Below, one piece after another: positions 16,468-29,684 of a stretch of DNA of 64,000 nt. Below the pieces are notes generated by a model that worked only from the letters and a program-made list of their open reading frames with translations, was not told where the DNA came from and did not search any database. The number at the start of each line of letters is the position of its first letter. Position 1 is the stretch's first letter. The translations under genes were made by a program, and so were the position numbers. This DNA comes from Guillardia theta CCMP2712 (taxonomy: Eukaryota; Protista; Cryptophyta). The stretch lies in assembly GCF_000315625.1 (NCBI RefSeq), contig NW_005434653.1, positions 415,745 through 479,744 of the forward strand, in the 5' to 3' direction.

Positions 16468-18480
16468 TCAAGCTTCCTCGTTCCGAGCGAACCCGTCTGA
16501 GATCAGCCTCACAGCCCTGTCCTGGCAACCGCAGAGGATGTAGCCATCGGCGCTCCTGCTGCCCCTCTCGCACGCGTTCGTCTTGATCAGGTGGAGGGAC
16601 TTCACCTCAGATCCTATCACGATCGTCTTTGCGCTCTCCCTCCTCTCCGGCTTGTCTACGGCAGCTGCGAGTTGGCTGCCTCCCTCGCCCTTGTTGCAAG
16701 CGAACGCCTGCGTGAAGTTCCACATGCTGCAGCCCCGTCAGCGCTAGAGCAAGCAATACCCCTCCTTCTTACCGCACACTCCCGTCCATGGACCCGGTCA
16801 CCAGCCACGAGCCGTAGGCAGTGAGAGCTGCGCGCCCATGTGTCACGTAAGGAGGAGAAGGAGAACAGGCGAGCAAAGAAACTTTGAAGGCCAAAACAGG
16901 AGGTGAACACGAGGTTTTGAAGACTTTGGAAGGCAGACGAAGAGAAGAACAGAATGACAGAACGAGGGGAGGGGCAAGGTGGCAGGAGAAGCAGCACGTG
17001 ATGGAGCAGGTGGAGTAGGAGCAGAAGGAGATGATGATGATAATGATGATGATGATGATGATGATGGAGGAGGAGAAGGGGCAGGGATTGCACCCGAAAC
17101 AGCGTCATCATGGCACTGGAGGTTTGCGACGCAGGTCAAAGTCTCTGAGCACCAGACTCGGATTGCTCCACTCTTGTGACCGCTAAAGATCCTGCAGGAA
17201 GCAGCTGTGAGGGAGGAGAGGAACACGGATGGGAGACCTGAGGAGAGGAATGGAGAGGAGCAGCAGGAAAGGACAAAGGACGAGGAGGAAACGATGGGCA
17301 GGAAACAGGAGGGACGAGGACACACAAAGGAACGAAGGAGATGAAAGGATGGTCTTGGCGGAGGGAAGGCGAGGAAGAGCGGCAGGGAGGAAGAGGAGGA
17401 GGAGGTGGAGGAGGAGGAGGATTTCGATACCTCTCCTCAGGTCTGAAGATCCAAGAAGATCCACCCGTGGTCGCTCGTGGACCAGACCCGACGGCGACGC
17501 AAGTGACAGGATCGGAACCGGAGAAGAAAACAAGAGGAAGCGATTCTTTCCTCTCCTCCTCCTCCTTCTCCTCCTCCTTCCGTGGCTCATCTAACACCAA
17601 GTGCCAGGCTGACTCTAGCCCAGCGGCGACGATGGCGCGGGAGAGAGAGCAGATGGAGAGGACGGGGCCGTGCTGGCTGCTGATGACTCGCTTGCAGGAG
17701 AAGGACGAGAGGTCCCACTGTCTGACTGTGCGGTCCCAAGACCCACTGAAGAGATCGACCTCGTTCCTGGTGAGGCACATGACGGCATCTTTATGCCCCT
17801 GCCGACTTGTGAGCGAGGGAGAGAACGAGAGGGGGGGAAGGGAGAGTGGGGAGAAGGTGAAGATGAATGCGGAGGCTGAGGCAGCGACAGAGGCGGAGGA
17901 AGAGAGCTGTGAGGCAGAAGGAGGGACGGAGGAGCTGTGCATGGGGAGGAAAGTGGAAAGAAGAGGACAAGGGAGGAGGAGGACAAGAGAAGAGGAGGGG
18001 GGTGCGGGCGGGGGAGGGGGAGGTAACTACCTCCAGCTCCTTGACGTGTCTCCTGGTGAGCAGGTTCCACACATTGAGCGGAGCGATTCCCAGCTTCATC
18101 TGCCCTGCCGTCACCAGCACGTCTCCGTGCTGCAGCATCGCATACACCGCCCCCAGCTGCCGCTGAGACTCTCGGGGGTGGGGGGTGAAGTGAAGGGACC
18201 CCTCCATCTTCCCTGACGTGAGGTTGACGAGCTTGATGCTGCCGTCGTGAGACGCACTGACTATCATGCCCTCATGGAAGGCGAGCGCCGCTACTGCCCC
18301 AGCATGATGCTTCATCTCCCTTGTTACCCGGAGCCGCCGGATCACGTCGTAGCCTGCCCATCGTCAAGGTCATGGTTGTGGAGGAGAAAAGCGAAATAGT
18401 CATTTTGCCATCATCATCAAAATCATCATCATCTTCTTCTCCATCATCATCAAAAACATCATCATCAAAAACATCATCAT

Positions 18481-18534
<54 letters not shown>

Positions 18535-20960
18535 GAACAAAAAAACAAACAATGGCAACAAAAACATCATCGTCATCACCATCGACCTACGCATCATCCT
18601 GTAAACACTTCGAACTCACCGGGTCCACTTCCACCTCTGTGAGACCTGTAGCTGTTTGGAAACTTAGACAAATCTCCAACAAACTGTGCCAGCAGCGAGC
18701 AGGATTCACTGGATGCACACTTCAGCATCAGGTCCTGTCCACAGATGTCACGTGTCAGTGCAAACACATACACCTGCCTGACATCACCTCGACAAACTGA
18801 TGGTGGATGAGATTCCATCGGATAGAAGAGATCATCTTAGAGCTGAATTGTCGCCGAGAGCGATCACAGTCCAGTTCCATCTCTTCGTTCATCCCGTGCC
18901 CCTGGTTGTCGCTGTCCGCACTCACTCCATCCTCTTCAGCTCTGCCCAACTCAAGTTAGCAGGAAGAATCTGATTTTTCCTCTCCCTCCCTCCCTCCTCC
19001 CTCTCTCTCCCTCCCTCTTTCCGTCCTCCTTCTCCCTCCCAATCTCTCCCTCCTCCTTCTCCCTCTCATTCTTCTCTCCCCCTCCCTCCGCCTTCTCCCC
19101 CCCTCTTCTCCTCCCTGCCTTTTCTCTGACCTTGCATTGGAGCACGATGTTTCTCCTTTTTCTGCCTCATGATCTTGGTGGCATCCTTCGAGCCAGCGGA
19201 GGATGGACAAGACGATATCCTGTGAATGATGACAGGTTACAAGAAGGGAGGAGGAGGAGGAAGGGCGGTGAGACAAGGATGGTGGAAGGAGGAAGGAGAC
19301 TGGCGGAAGGAGGGAGAGGCTGAGAGGAATGAAGGAAGCGGAAGGAGGGAGGACAAACATGCCTCCTCTTTGTGCACTCTCAGGCGATCATCGTCCACGA
19401 GATCCTCAAGAATGTCCTGCACAAGTTCTCTGCTTCACCACGGCGGCCAAGAGGGGAGGAGACAAGAACCTGGTGAAGGGAAGCAAACCAAGGGGAATGC
19501 GACACCTCTTCATAGTGGTCAAGAGCAAACTGGAAGCAAAGTTCCTCCAGCTCGGGCAGCCCTGAGTCCCTGCTGGAGGTGTCAAGTTGCCCTCCCTCCC
19601 TCCCTCCCTCCCTCCCTCCCTCCCTCCCTCCCTCCCTCCCTCCCTCCCTCCCACTTGTCTCCTGCCCTCCCACCCTCCCTCATTCATCCACTCTCCTCCA
19701 TTTCTCCTCCCATCTCAACCTGCTCGCGTTCAAGAACGCCACGCACGTATCAACATCCAGCATCTTGCTCGATTCTCGGATCACTGTCTCCCTGCTCCCC
19801 ACATTTCAGCAACGGTGAGGCAGAGGCCACAAGGCTGAGAGAACGAAGACCTGAGACTCGTCACGTCAAGCCGATCTGCAAGCCTCCCGATAGCCACCAG
19901 CTCCTTTGTCCAAAGTCATCGTCGTCATCGTCATCGTCGTCGTAATCATCATCGTAGCAGCAGCAGCAGCAGCAGCAGCGGCAGCAGCAGGTACCTCAAC
20001 ATCGTTGTGAATACGTGCTGATCCCGTGTAAACGAAGTCCACAAACGCCTCGAGCACGTTGCTATCGACCTGAGGAGCAACGAGGGTTAGAAAAAGTTAC
20101 AGGACAGAGTGAGATGGGAAAGAAAGAAGTGTGCATGAGGGGGGAATGGAAAGCGCCTGCAGACTAAGGAATGAAGCGAGATAATAGTGTAGAGGTCAGA
20201 GGAGGACAGAGAAGGGGGAGGGAAGAAGTGGGAACTGGGGGGAAGGAGGAGGAAGAGCAGGAACAGGAATGGAGGTGATGAGTCGGGAATGGGGGAAAGG
20301 GGGAGGAAGAAGAGGAAGATGAAATGAGAGTATTTCAGGTAATCATTCTGACTCCTGCTCCAAGGCAGCAGCTCAACTACTAACCTCTTCCAGCTGCAGC
20401 TCAATCACCCTCCGGTTAGCTTTACACCTGTCAAGGCACACGGGCAAGTCAGCGGAGAACTCTATCTGCAATGGGTCTGTTTGCAATGGGGATGGGGCGG
20501 TTGTCCAACCTTGCTTGCTCCCATGAAATCATCCTAGAACAGAACATGTCAGCCTCCATGACAAACATGATTCCGAAAGACATATGGAACATGGCACATC
20601 AAAGCATGCCGCAGGGAACTAGGGCACACCTTCGCAGGACTGGAGACACGAGCGCCATGATGACTGAGTGCGCTCTCTTAGCAGTCATTTGATCGCATCC
20701 TTTCCTGATAATACATCATCAATCAAACTTCTTGCATGCCAAGATCTGGCATCACTTCTTCGACAAAATCTCGAGGTCAAGCAGTTCCCCATTGCCGTAT
20801 ATTTCCTGTAAACCGTAATGAGACAGTGTATGGCAGGAGAAGAGTTTGATGGACAAATATGCATTGCCTGCAAAGTTTCGATCGGTAGTGCATAGCACGG
20901 CTTGACAACAGACTCGATCACGAACTGACAAGGAAAGTTGTCACATTGTTGCAGCTCGGA
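16468..20960 (-). CDS. BTB/POZ - BACK - WD40 repeat protein, multi-exon; start approximate
   Basis: BTB (AHSVIMALVSPVLRR, VLEAFVDFVYTG), BACK-like (LEELCFQFALDHYEE, LEDLVDDDRLRVHKEEDIVLSILRWL) and WD40 repeats (HAGAVAALAF..SASHDGSIKL, GHKDAVMCL..FSGSWDRTVRQWD, CGCQDRAVRL). Confidence 0.7.
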
Positions 20961-21762
20961 CAACAGTAAATACCTCTTTCATCGTCGATACTCGTCAAAC
21001 TGATCTACTTTCCCGCACCACCTTGCATCCAATCTGGGCAGGAAATCCATCAGGACAGGTCATCAGTATACTGACCGTCTCAAGTGCACATTCATGAGGA
21101 CCCTCCCAACCCCAAGAATTGACTGGCACATAATCCGGGTATCATCGACCCTCCTGTGCTCGACAAACCATGCAGATCAACCGGAACCCTATCATCGCTG
21201 TCACCGTATCCTGTTCTAGCATTCCTATCCTCCCTGCCTCTCCCCAACTCCACTTCCCAACCTCCCTGTTGCCATACTCGCACACATGGGGGAACATGGT
21301 AAAAGCGATAATGTAATTTCTAGAATATTTTTAGGCCGTAATTATTCATTTTAGGGCGCACTCGTCCTTGAGTCTCTGAAAAGCTATGTTTTCAGTTTAG
21401 AATATTGCCCCCTTTCTACACCCCCACCCCTCCCTTGCACCCCAATCTGTATGACCCCCTTATGTGTAAAACAGGAAATGTTTTAAAACTAAAAATGTTA
21501 ATACCCCACCCACAGTTTTCTTGAAGACAATAGGCAACAAGGATCCAACAGTCCCACCCCTACCCCTAGTTTATGACAACCAAGAAAAACGGCTTCGAAT
21601 ATTATTGAAATCTTGTCTTATAATTTCAAATTTAGATTATGAATTTGTATATTGTTTTACATTCCTATATATTTATTACATAATATTATTAATATTCCCT
21701 TGTTGCGGTGGGACGCAAAATTGAGGAAACAGGAAAAAATACGGGAAGGGAGTGTAAATAAA

Positions 21763-21912
<150 letters not shown>

Positions 21913-22668
21913 ATGAAGGAAGAGACGCAGCAAGATCAAGGGAAGGAAGAGCAGACGAAGGAACAACAAAGACAGACGATGTGCATAAAAGGAGCACTAT
22001 GAAGCTGGAAGAGAAGAATGAGCTCGGGATGACTGTAGGGACTGTAAGGAGGGATGCATGCAAGCAGAAGTAGAGACAGTAGAGAGACGACCAGAACGAG
22101 GCGCTGAGAACCGTTGCTGGAGTACACAAGTGGGTGCAGGGGCTAGATAAGAGGGAGAAGGGGAAGGGGAAGGAGGTTATGTCAAATGCAGAAGACAGGG
22201 ACTGGAGACAAGAGGACCTGGTAGACAGGATGTATCTCATGGATAGCTAGTGCAGATATGATTAGGTTTGACGTGGAGAACCGAAACAATCATGAGATTT
22301 TACTGGAGTCTTCAGCCTATCTTTGAGGCCTTGCCATCCTGTTGACATCCATGGAATGCCTTGAGCTGATGTGTCAAGAAAATGGCCAGGGTGAATCGAG
22401 AGTCGAGTGAGCGTAGTGACTGTAGTGGAGATGAGTTTTGCTTCTTCTCTCGAAGTATTCTTGTTTGTGACTCTCTTGAAGAGTTGATGTGATCTTACCC
22501 CACCACTCAGTTGCTGCTCACCAACTCCTCTTGCTGCTGGTTCCAGCTGGATGCTGTGCTGTCTCGTAAGTGCTCATTCCCATGGACGCAGAGCTTGCTT
22601 GAGTTCATTTCTATTCATTCGGTTGCGCACAAAGTTTAGAATACAAAGAGTTTGATGAATTTCGCGTC

Positions 22669-23739
22669 TCATCTCTTGTCAGAGACCGTTGGGCTGTAGC
22701 TGGAGGCAGCATAATGGTTAGTCATCCACTCTCGGATCTTAGAGTCGCTCTCGAGCCTTTCCTGGTGGTCGGTCAGAGCATGAAAGTTCTTGTAGACATT
22801 CGTCGGGATCCCGTCCAGCAGGCCACTCGTGATCCAGCCCAGCAGTCTCCAGACCGCGATGTCCGCTACTGTGATTTTGTCCCCCACGAAGAAGCCGTTG
22901 CTCTTGTTGGCCTTGAGCTGCAGCTCCAGGTAGGAGAACCACTTGGGCAGCGTCGCCTCCCTCAGGATAGACCGCATCTCCATCTTCTTCTCCCGGTCTT
23001 CCTCGCGCATGCTGACGCTGATCACGTTGGTGAGCTCCGAGCAAGCCTCGATGATCATGTCGACCTGCGCAGCCTCGCTCTTGCTCTCGGGCGTCAGCCC
23101 AGCGACGTCAGCGCAATACCTCGCCATGGCTCCGGTGTACGCTATCCTCCTGCCGTCCACCTCCATGAAGGGAAACTGGCCGAAGGGGGCGATGGGGCCG
23201 GCGGTAGCAAGGAGCTCACGGTATGACAGCCTGATGTCTTCGAAGGGGACGTCGCCGAGGAAGAGAGCCAGGCGGCAGACCTCTGCCCGCCAGAAGGGCA
23301 TGTCGGTGTAGAAGAACTTGATCCTGCTCCAGCGTGACTAGAATGTAGATGATGATGCATGGAAAATGGTGCGATCAGCAATGAAATGAGATGAACGAGT
23401 ATATTTTTGGGGGTAGTTATGTGCACAGCCATGTCGAGATCGAAATGTTCATGGAACATCTGGATACTAGAGAACCAACTATGTATGAAACACTTTCTCT
23501 CAAGGCCATCCTCCCATCATCAAGCATGAACATGACATGTATCATCTCCTCTGCTCGTCTTGTTTCTGGCGACATTCTAGTCGCGCCCCACCACTCCTTC
23601 ACTGCACACCATCGTCGGGGCACAGGCACTACATCCTCATCCTGTTCCTCCTTTCGTCACTCTCTTCTCCCCCTCCTCCTCTCTCCATCCAAGCTTCGCT
23701 CCCCCTCCCCTTCCCCCCTACGGGGACCTACCTGGGCAT
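22669..23739 (-). CDS. Glutathione S-transferase, sigma-like (exons 23739-23732, 23323-22669)
   Basis: Spliced MPRIKFFYTDMPFWRAEVCRLAL..PFGQFP..DGRRIAYTGAMARY..FFVGDKITVADI; GST N- and C-domain motifs. Confidence 0.9.
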
Positions 23740-24029
23740 GTCGGTGGAGCTACCGGCTGAAAGAGAAGGGCACAAAAAAAATCCTCTGCAGTCCTGGATG
23801 AGTTGAGAGGGGGGAAGGTGGGGGCGGTGAGTGGAAGGAGAGTGGGAGATTGAGGATGCTGGGGTAGAGGAAGGCGAGAAAAGACAGACAGAGAAGGGGG
23901 GAGGAGTACGAGGAGTACGAGGAACTGAAGACGACAGGATGACTTGTTGTATGTGCTACTGTAACGACAACTGTAAAGAATAGAGAGATGTAAAGAAGGC
24001 TCTCCAAGTGCTGGCAAGGTTGTTGTGTG

Positions 24030-26858
24030 TCAAACATTAACAGGAGGAGTTCGTGATTGTATCCGAGAGGAGGAGTGCTCGCGCACAAAGTTCACCTCAG
24101 TCCACCAGACAGCCAGCGTTTCCTCTACATCCTCCCACTCACTAGCGAGGGATCCTCCCAGTCTGTCCTCCTGCTCTCGGAGTTTCTCCCGCGCCACATT
24201 GCGGCACCTCCCTGCCCGAAAACTCTCGAGGGAGCAGAAGACGAACAGTTTGAACCGAACAAGAGGCATCCTGAAGCGCTCTATCGCCTCCTCAAGTAGC
24301 ATTGCGCGCATTTCGCTCACGGCATAGCAGGCAGGAACTTGGAGCAAGAAGGGGTCTCCATCGACCTGACGCGAGTACACTAGCTCAACCAGCCCTTCCT
24401 CGCTTCTCCTAGCTCCCCATGTCTGCACGTCCTCCTTCAGCCAGACCTCTTCTGCCCCTCCCTCCTCCCCGAACGTGAGGAAACAAACGGTCCTGTCCTC
24501 AGCTCGTGGGTGCACGAACAGGAACGTGATCCAGACCGGAGGCCCTGGGAACGTCTTGTCCCACATAGCTGACTTGTTGAGAGTGACCAGGTGGCACCAT
24601 CGCGACCCGTAGCACTCGTTGATAGGAGGCAGCACGAACGTCGTCGACCATCGACCCTCGCAGCTGGCAAGGAAGAGAGATTCGTGCCCCTCGATCAGGC
24701 AGTCTGACCTGCCTGCTCCGTCGCACAACATCTCGATCTTGGTCGGAATCAAGCTGAATTGAGTGATGAGGCAGAGTTGCACCGATCGCACCTGAGAGCA
24801 GACGGGGAATCTTAGAAGCTCTCGAGCCTCCTGGTCAGAGAGCAAGAGGAGGTCCCCGTGCGGTGACTTGACACATTCAGAGGCAGAAGAGTCCTGTTGC
24901 CCCCTCAAGTACACGTGGTGGATGTACGAGTTGTCTGTGCTGCCATTGCCGACGACCGGCACCACGATATACCGATTCATCTGCGACCATATGGACGAGG
25001 AAGATTGGTACTCAGCACAATGAGACACGATCGGTCTGTGAAGACGAAGAAATGGCTTTCCGCCCTGCCTACTCGCCTCCAGGACATTCCGCGCAACATC
25101 TGAACCCCAGTACTCATCCTAGAGGGAGCAAGTGCGTCAGGAAGGAGAAGGATGATGTTACAGGGATGAACAGAGACGGACAGGGGAGGTTCGAACCTGA
25201 TAGAAGGCAGGAGTGTTGAGAACATACGCCTCGAGGTGGCCTCTTTCGATGAGCATGGGAAGCATGTTGTCGATCGCTCCAAAGATAGGCCTGCAGAGCC
25301 TGAGGACGTTGCGAGCGCCTTGCTCTGTGAAGATGATCGCTCCCGAGCAGTACGGTCTGTGAGCACGAGAGATGTGCTGAAATTTCGAGGACTTGCTGCA
25401 GAGTTTGCTGCAGTTTTCGAAACAATATTCGAGAAACAGCATGTCAGCCGATGGCGGTAGCTCCTGCAGCGCTCCTGCTATCCTTGACTTGATCCTCCCT
25501 GGCTCGTCCTGCAGCATCAGGTCGTCTTCGAAGATGCCGACAAGCTTCCTGCCTGCTCTCAGCGCCTCCTCTAGGGTCTTGAGATGGTCCATGGCACGAG
25601 CGATGTAGGAGGGAAGAGCCTTCTCCTTGATCCAATCCATTTGCATCATGAGCCTGACCCCTTCTGACGACACCCATCCTTGTTCTATGAGGTCTTTGAG
25701 CGAGATGTCTTGGACGAGAGTGACATTGGGAAAGCAGATCGAAGAGAAGCCGACAGTCTCCAGAAGCTTTGCGGTATGGCGTTTCTTGTCCCCGCGCCAA
25801 GGGAGGTTCACAACAAAGATTTGAATGTCTGAGAAGGGAGAGGAATCCCCGGCAAGAGAAGAAAAATCTCCACGATTGAAACGGCATGCGGTCATGATTG
25901 CTTGTCCGATGATGTCAAACACGTCTGCAGAATGTATCTCAGATTTACATTGCGTATCGTTATAACAGCTCCCGTCCCGCGCGCACGAGCAGAAAATGTT
26001 GGAGCAAAACAGTTCAACTCTGGGGGTAAGCGAAACTCGAATGTCTCGACGTAAACCGAAGCACACTTTGAAGCTTTTCGTCTGATGATGGTTAAAAACT
26101 TGCTGCTGCATGTTGGAAAATGCTAGTGCTGTTGAATTTAGAGTGAAAGAGAAGTTGTGACAACCTGGTGGTACCTTCAGCTCATGCTTCAAGCGGACGT
26201 GCTGGGGATAGAGCATCTGCCGAGAAGAAATTCCTCCATCTTCTAACTTGTCCGACTCACGATGTACCACCATGTCGCCGACTAAAATCTCCACAGCATA
26301 AATCCGCAGAAACCTCGAGGTCGTATCCGTGTGAACAGTGAACTCCGTTTGGAATTCCGCCTCCTGCCCCTTCATGGCATGATCGGCCTCTGGTCTGGGT
26401 TTTACGATGACAACATGCGGGATTCTGAGAACAAGAAGATCATGAGATTGCGCTCCTAGATAGAGACTGGGCGACACCGCACTGCTGAAGAATGAAACAT
26501 TCACCTTGTACCTCCCCTCCACTACTCGGTTGAGGTCAACCATACAAGACAACGAGCCGATACCGTGAGTTTCCTGGCAATGAGAATCAATAGGCAAGGG
26601 TTCGCTCGGCCCAAGGCTGCATCGCGCAGCGGAAGGACTCATGGCGTCCTGCAATGAAACCCTGAAGCTCCAAAGGTGCTTCTGTGTCCTGAAGCTTCCG
26701 TGAAGATGAAGCTGAAACTGTAGAACCAGCGTTCCCTCGTTCCAACAAGCCTCATCACAGCTGAGGACTGAGGAAGGAAAGATGACCTCGAAGGGCTCCG
26801 AGCCTCCCAGAGGCGCCTGGTGCGCCAACAGAAGCAGCACAAGGCACCAGCCCGGCAT
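24030..26858 (-). CDS. Secreted/Golgi glycosyltransferase family 25-like protein with uncharacterised N- and C-terminal extensions (intron about 25120-25195)
   Basis: Signal peptide MPGWCLVLLLLAHQA; GT25-like motifs IFVVNLPWRGDKKRH, HLKTLEEAL, IFEDD, CSGAIIFTEQGARNVL, AIDNML. ORF 24030-25028 probably continues the gene after a short intron. Confidence 0.65.
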
Positions 26859-26939
26859 GGTGCCTCATGTCAGCGCATAATCGGGTCGCGCTCGAAAACT
26901 CATTGACGCAATTTTGTATCGTAAGCGCGATTCTGCTAC

Positions 26940-27480
26940 TGAGGCCCAGCCTGTCCGGCCGCCGGCCCGGACTCCGGGACTCACGGCCCGGTGTTTGACA
27001 AGTTGAACGGTGGCAAGTTTGTCACAGTTCCAAGTCAAGTTGAGTTTCGTGTTCGAGGATGAGCCTTCACTGAACTTCGAAGTCTGAAGAGCCGCTGGCC
27101 CAGCCCGCGACCGGGGGGCCGCCGGCCCGGCGCCCAACCTGATGGCACTCAGCCGCAAGGCCGGCCGCCGGCGGCCCGGCCACTGAAAGGGCCATGCAGT
27201 GCCGCGCCGCCGTCCCGCCGGGCGGTGTTGAACCCTCACAGTTTACTCAAAGGTAAGTTAATAAGCAGTTTACTCACCGCCATAAAAAGCCTGACTCAGT
27301 GAGTCACACCCGGGTTCCCGGGCCCAGCCTTCAAGTCAGTGACTTCAGCCTGCCGCCGGACTCGCCAGGCCCGGGCCCGGCGGCTCACTGCCGCCGCATT
27401 GCGGCACGGCCGGTCGAACGAAAGAATTTAGTCATTTGGCATCGGAACTTGCCGATCAAAGCCTGCAACAGTCACGGGCC
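26940..27480. repeat. GC-rich palindromic intergenic island containing TTTACTCAAAGGTAAGTTAA (27242-27261)
   Basis: Direct observation. Confidence 0.55.
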
Positions 27481-28072
27481 GAAGTTTTACCTCGAGTCAG
27501 CACAAGCACAAGATCAAGGTGATTATAAACGCGGAATACCTGACCGTTGGACCCCCTACCCTTGTCGACCAGACATTCCGAATGAGTACCCCTTCCCAGG
27601 GATACCAGAGACCTCTGTGCGGGGGGTCACTCAACCCCATCTATTCCCCACTACCACCCATACCATTGTAAGGGGTCCAGATGGAACTTCTCCCCTCGCA
27701 AGCGATCTCCGGGGCGCGGGACTTACGTCCCTATAGCCAGGCGCTCAACCTCAAGATTGACTGGACCCCTACCAGTCGATTCCAAGTAAAAACCACCGGT
27801 TAGTTAAACCTGTTGAAATCTTGAGGTGTCCCTTGGTTTTACTCCTGCAGGGGCTCCGGTATCTCTTGCAATCTCAAGCTGTTGTTCGTCAGCGGTCCTC
27901 ACTTACGACCCTCGTGCCCCTCTTTCTCCAGAACCCTGCTTCCCCGCACCGAGCGGCATCCCCATCACAACTGCATCGCCTCCATAGCCCTCATCCTGAA
28001 CGGTCTCAGCACTTCGTGTCATTCTGCTTCTCAACCTCCGTATTCGCATCAAGTGAGTTCACCCTGCTAAAG

Positions 28073-28590
28073 ATGCAAGCGGCATCCGTCAAAGTCAACT
28101 CTCGCAAGCGCATGAACGCTGCGGGAGCCTCTACACGGCCAGTGGAAATCACTCTCGACAAGTTGAGGCCCCTCTTCCATATGCGGCAAGAAATAGCAGC
28201 TGACATGCTGGTATCTCCTTTTTCCGTCTAGGCCATAGCCTGATAGATTGTTGACAGGGAGTGTCGCTGTCAAGTCTGAAATCATCTTGCCGTCGTCTCG
28301 GACTGACCAGATGGCCATACACAAGGTTTGTATCCAATGAAGGAAGCTCATTCAAATCGGTCCTAGTAGAGAGCAGCATAGATGCAGAATCTTCCGTTGC
28401 ATCATCTGACACGGTGATCGCGCCAACTGAGAACGTGAACCACCCTGCAGAAGAAGAAGAGGAAACTCAAGACGAACCCTGTCACAGCCCTCAATCAGAC
28501 TCAACCATGATTGACGGAGAATTCATATTGGATCCTATATGGATATCTTGGTATGTCAGTCTAGACGAATCCGATGCTGAAGAGATATGA
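28073..28590 (+). CDS. RWP-RK transcription factor 1 (exons 28073-28210, 28258-28590)
   Basis: ITLDKLRPLFHMRQEIAADML|GVSLSSLKSSCRRLGLTRWPY; in-phase 47-bp GT-AG intron. Confidence 0.9.
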
Positions 28591-29031
28591 GCAAACATTC
28601 GAAAATGAGCTTCTCAAACACGAGAATGTTTGAAAGTTGCGAGTGCATCAACCGCAAGGATCAATGGGACATAAACAGCAGGAATCCAGTCATGACAACA
28701 CTTAGCATCTGCTTTTCTGCCGCATACCGGTTCGGTGAATGTTCACGCTAGTTGTTTATTTGTTTTGTACAAGTGTTCTGATGATAGTAAAAGACCTCAT
28801 CAATTACATTTTGACCCTCAATTACATTTTTGTGTTACCCCAATTACATTGTAACATTAAATCATTATTTAGTGGTATTCGATTGAGTCATACCTCATAA
28901 GATAAAGCGACATGAAGGGATACAAAGCCCTCATGAAAAATTATGCCACCGAAATATCTTGATGGATACTCTACGTACAATTTTCGAATCCAAAACCTCT
29001 TGCAACTCGCTGTATACCAGTCTTTGTCCAG

Positions 29032-29684
29032 TCAAATCCAGTCAAGCCAGGTAGCCTCGATGCCATGAGAGCTGGACTCCCACAAAAATGCTTGTATTTC
29101 GTTTGCTTCTGTGATTTCGTTCGCATCAGTTCGGATTTCGGAGATATTCTGAGTCGCATCCGTCTTGTCATGAGCGATTACTGTAGTTTCCTTAGAAAAA
29201 ATGAATCGTTGATCGTATAAAGTAGATTCGAGATCAATTCTGGAGATTTCGTCTCTGTGGTCGTCATCTCCCTCTATTGCGAAATTGAGGTCTTGGTGGC
29301 CCCCGTCCGTGCAGCCGCCAGAACATGCAAGTGCGGCAGATTCTCCAGCTTCGCTCGATTCTGGCACGTCCTGCCTAGCAACTGTTGGAGAATCCATAGG
29401 GCTAGCAGGTGAGTCAATGCGGCTTCTAGTATAGGGCCATCGTTTGATCCCAAGCCTTCTGCACGCGCTCTTGAGACTTGAAAGCGAGACACCCTGAGGT
29501 AACATTTCACAACAAGTTCACAACTTGCAGGAGAATTTTCTATCCTTACCAAGTATTGTGCAGCATCTTCCTGGCGAATGCCAAAAAGTGGTCTCAAGAC
29601 ACTCTCTTGCAGTTGGACCTTGCGGACTGTAATATATCCATTTGCATTCCTCGGTCTTGCATTTACTTGAACTGCACTCGACAT
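29032..29684 (-). CDS. RWP-RK transcription factor 2 (exons 29684-29550, 29493-29032)
   Basis: LRPLFGIRQEDAAQYL|GVSLSSLKSACRRLGIKRWPY; intron at the same position as in gene 1. Confidence 0.9.
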
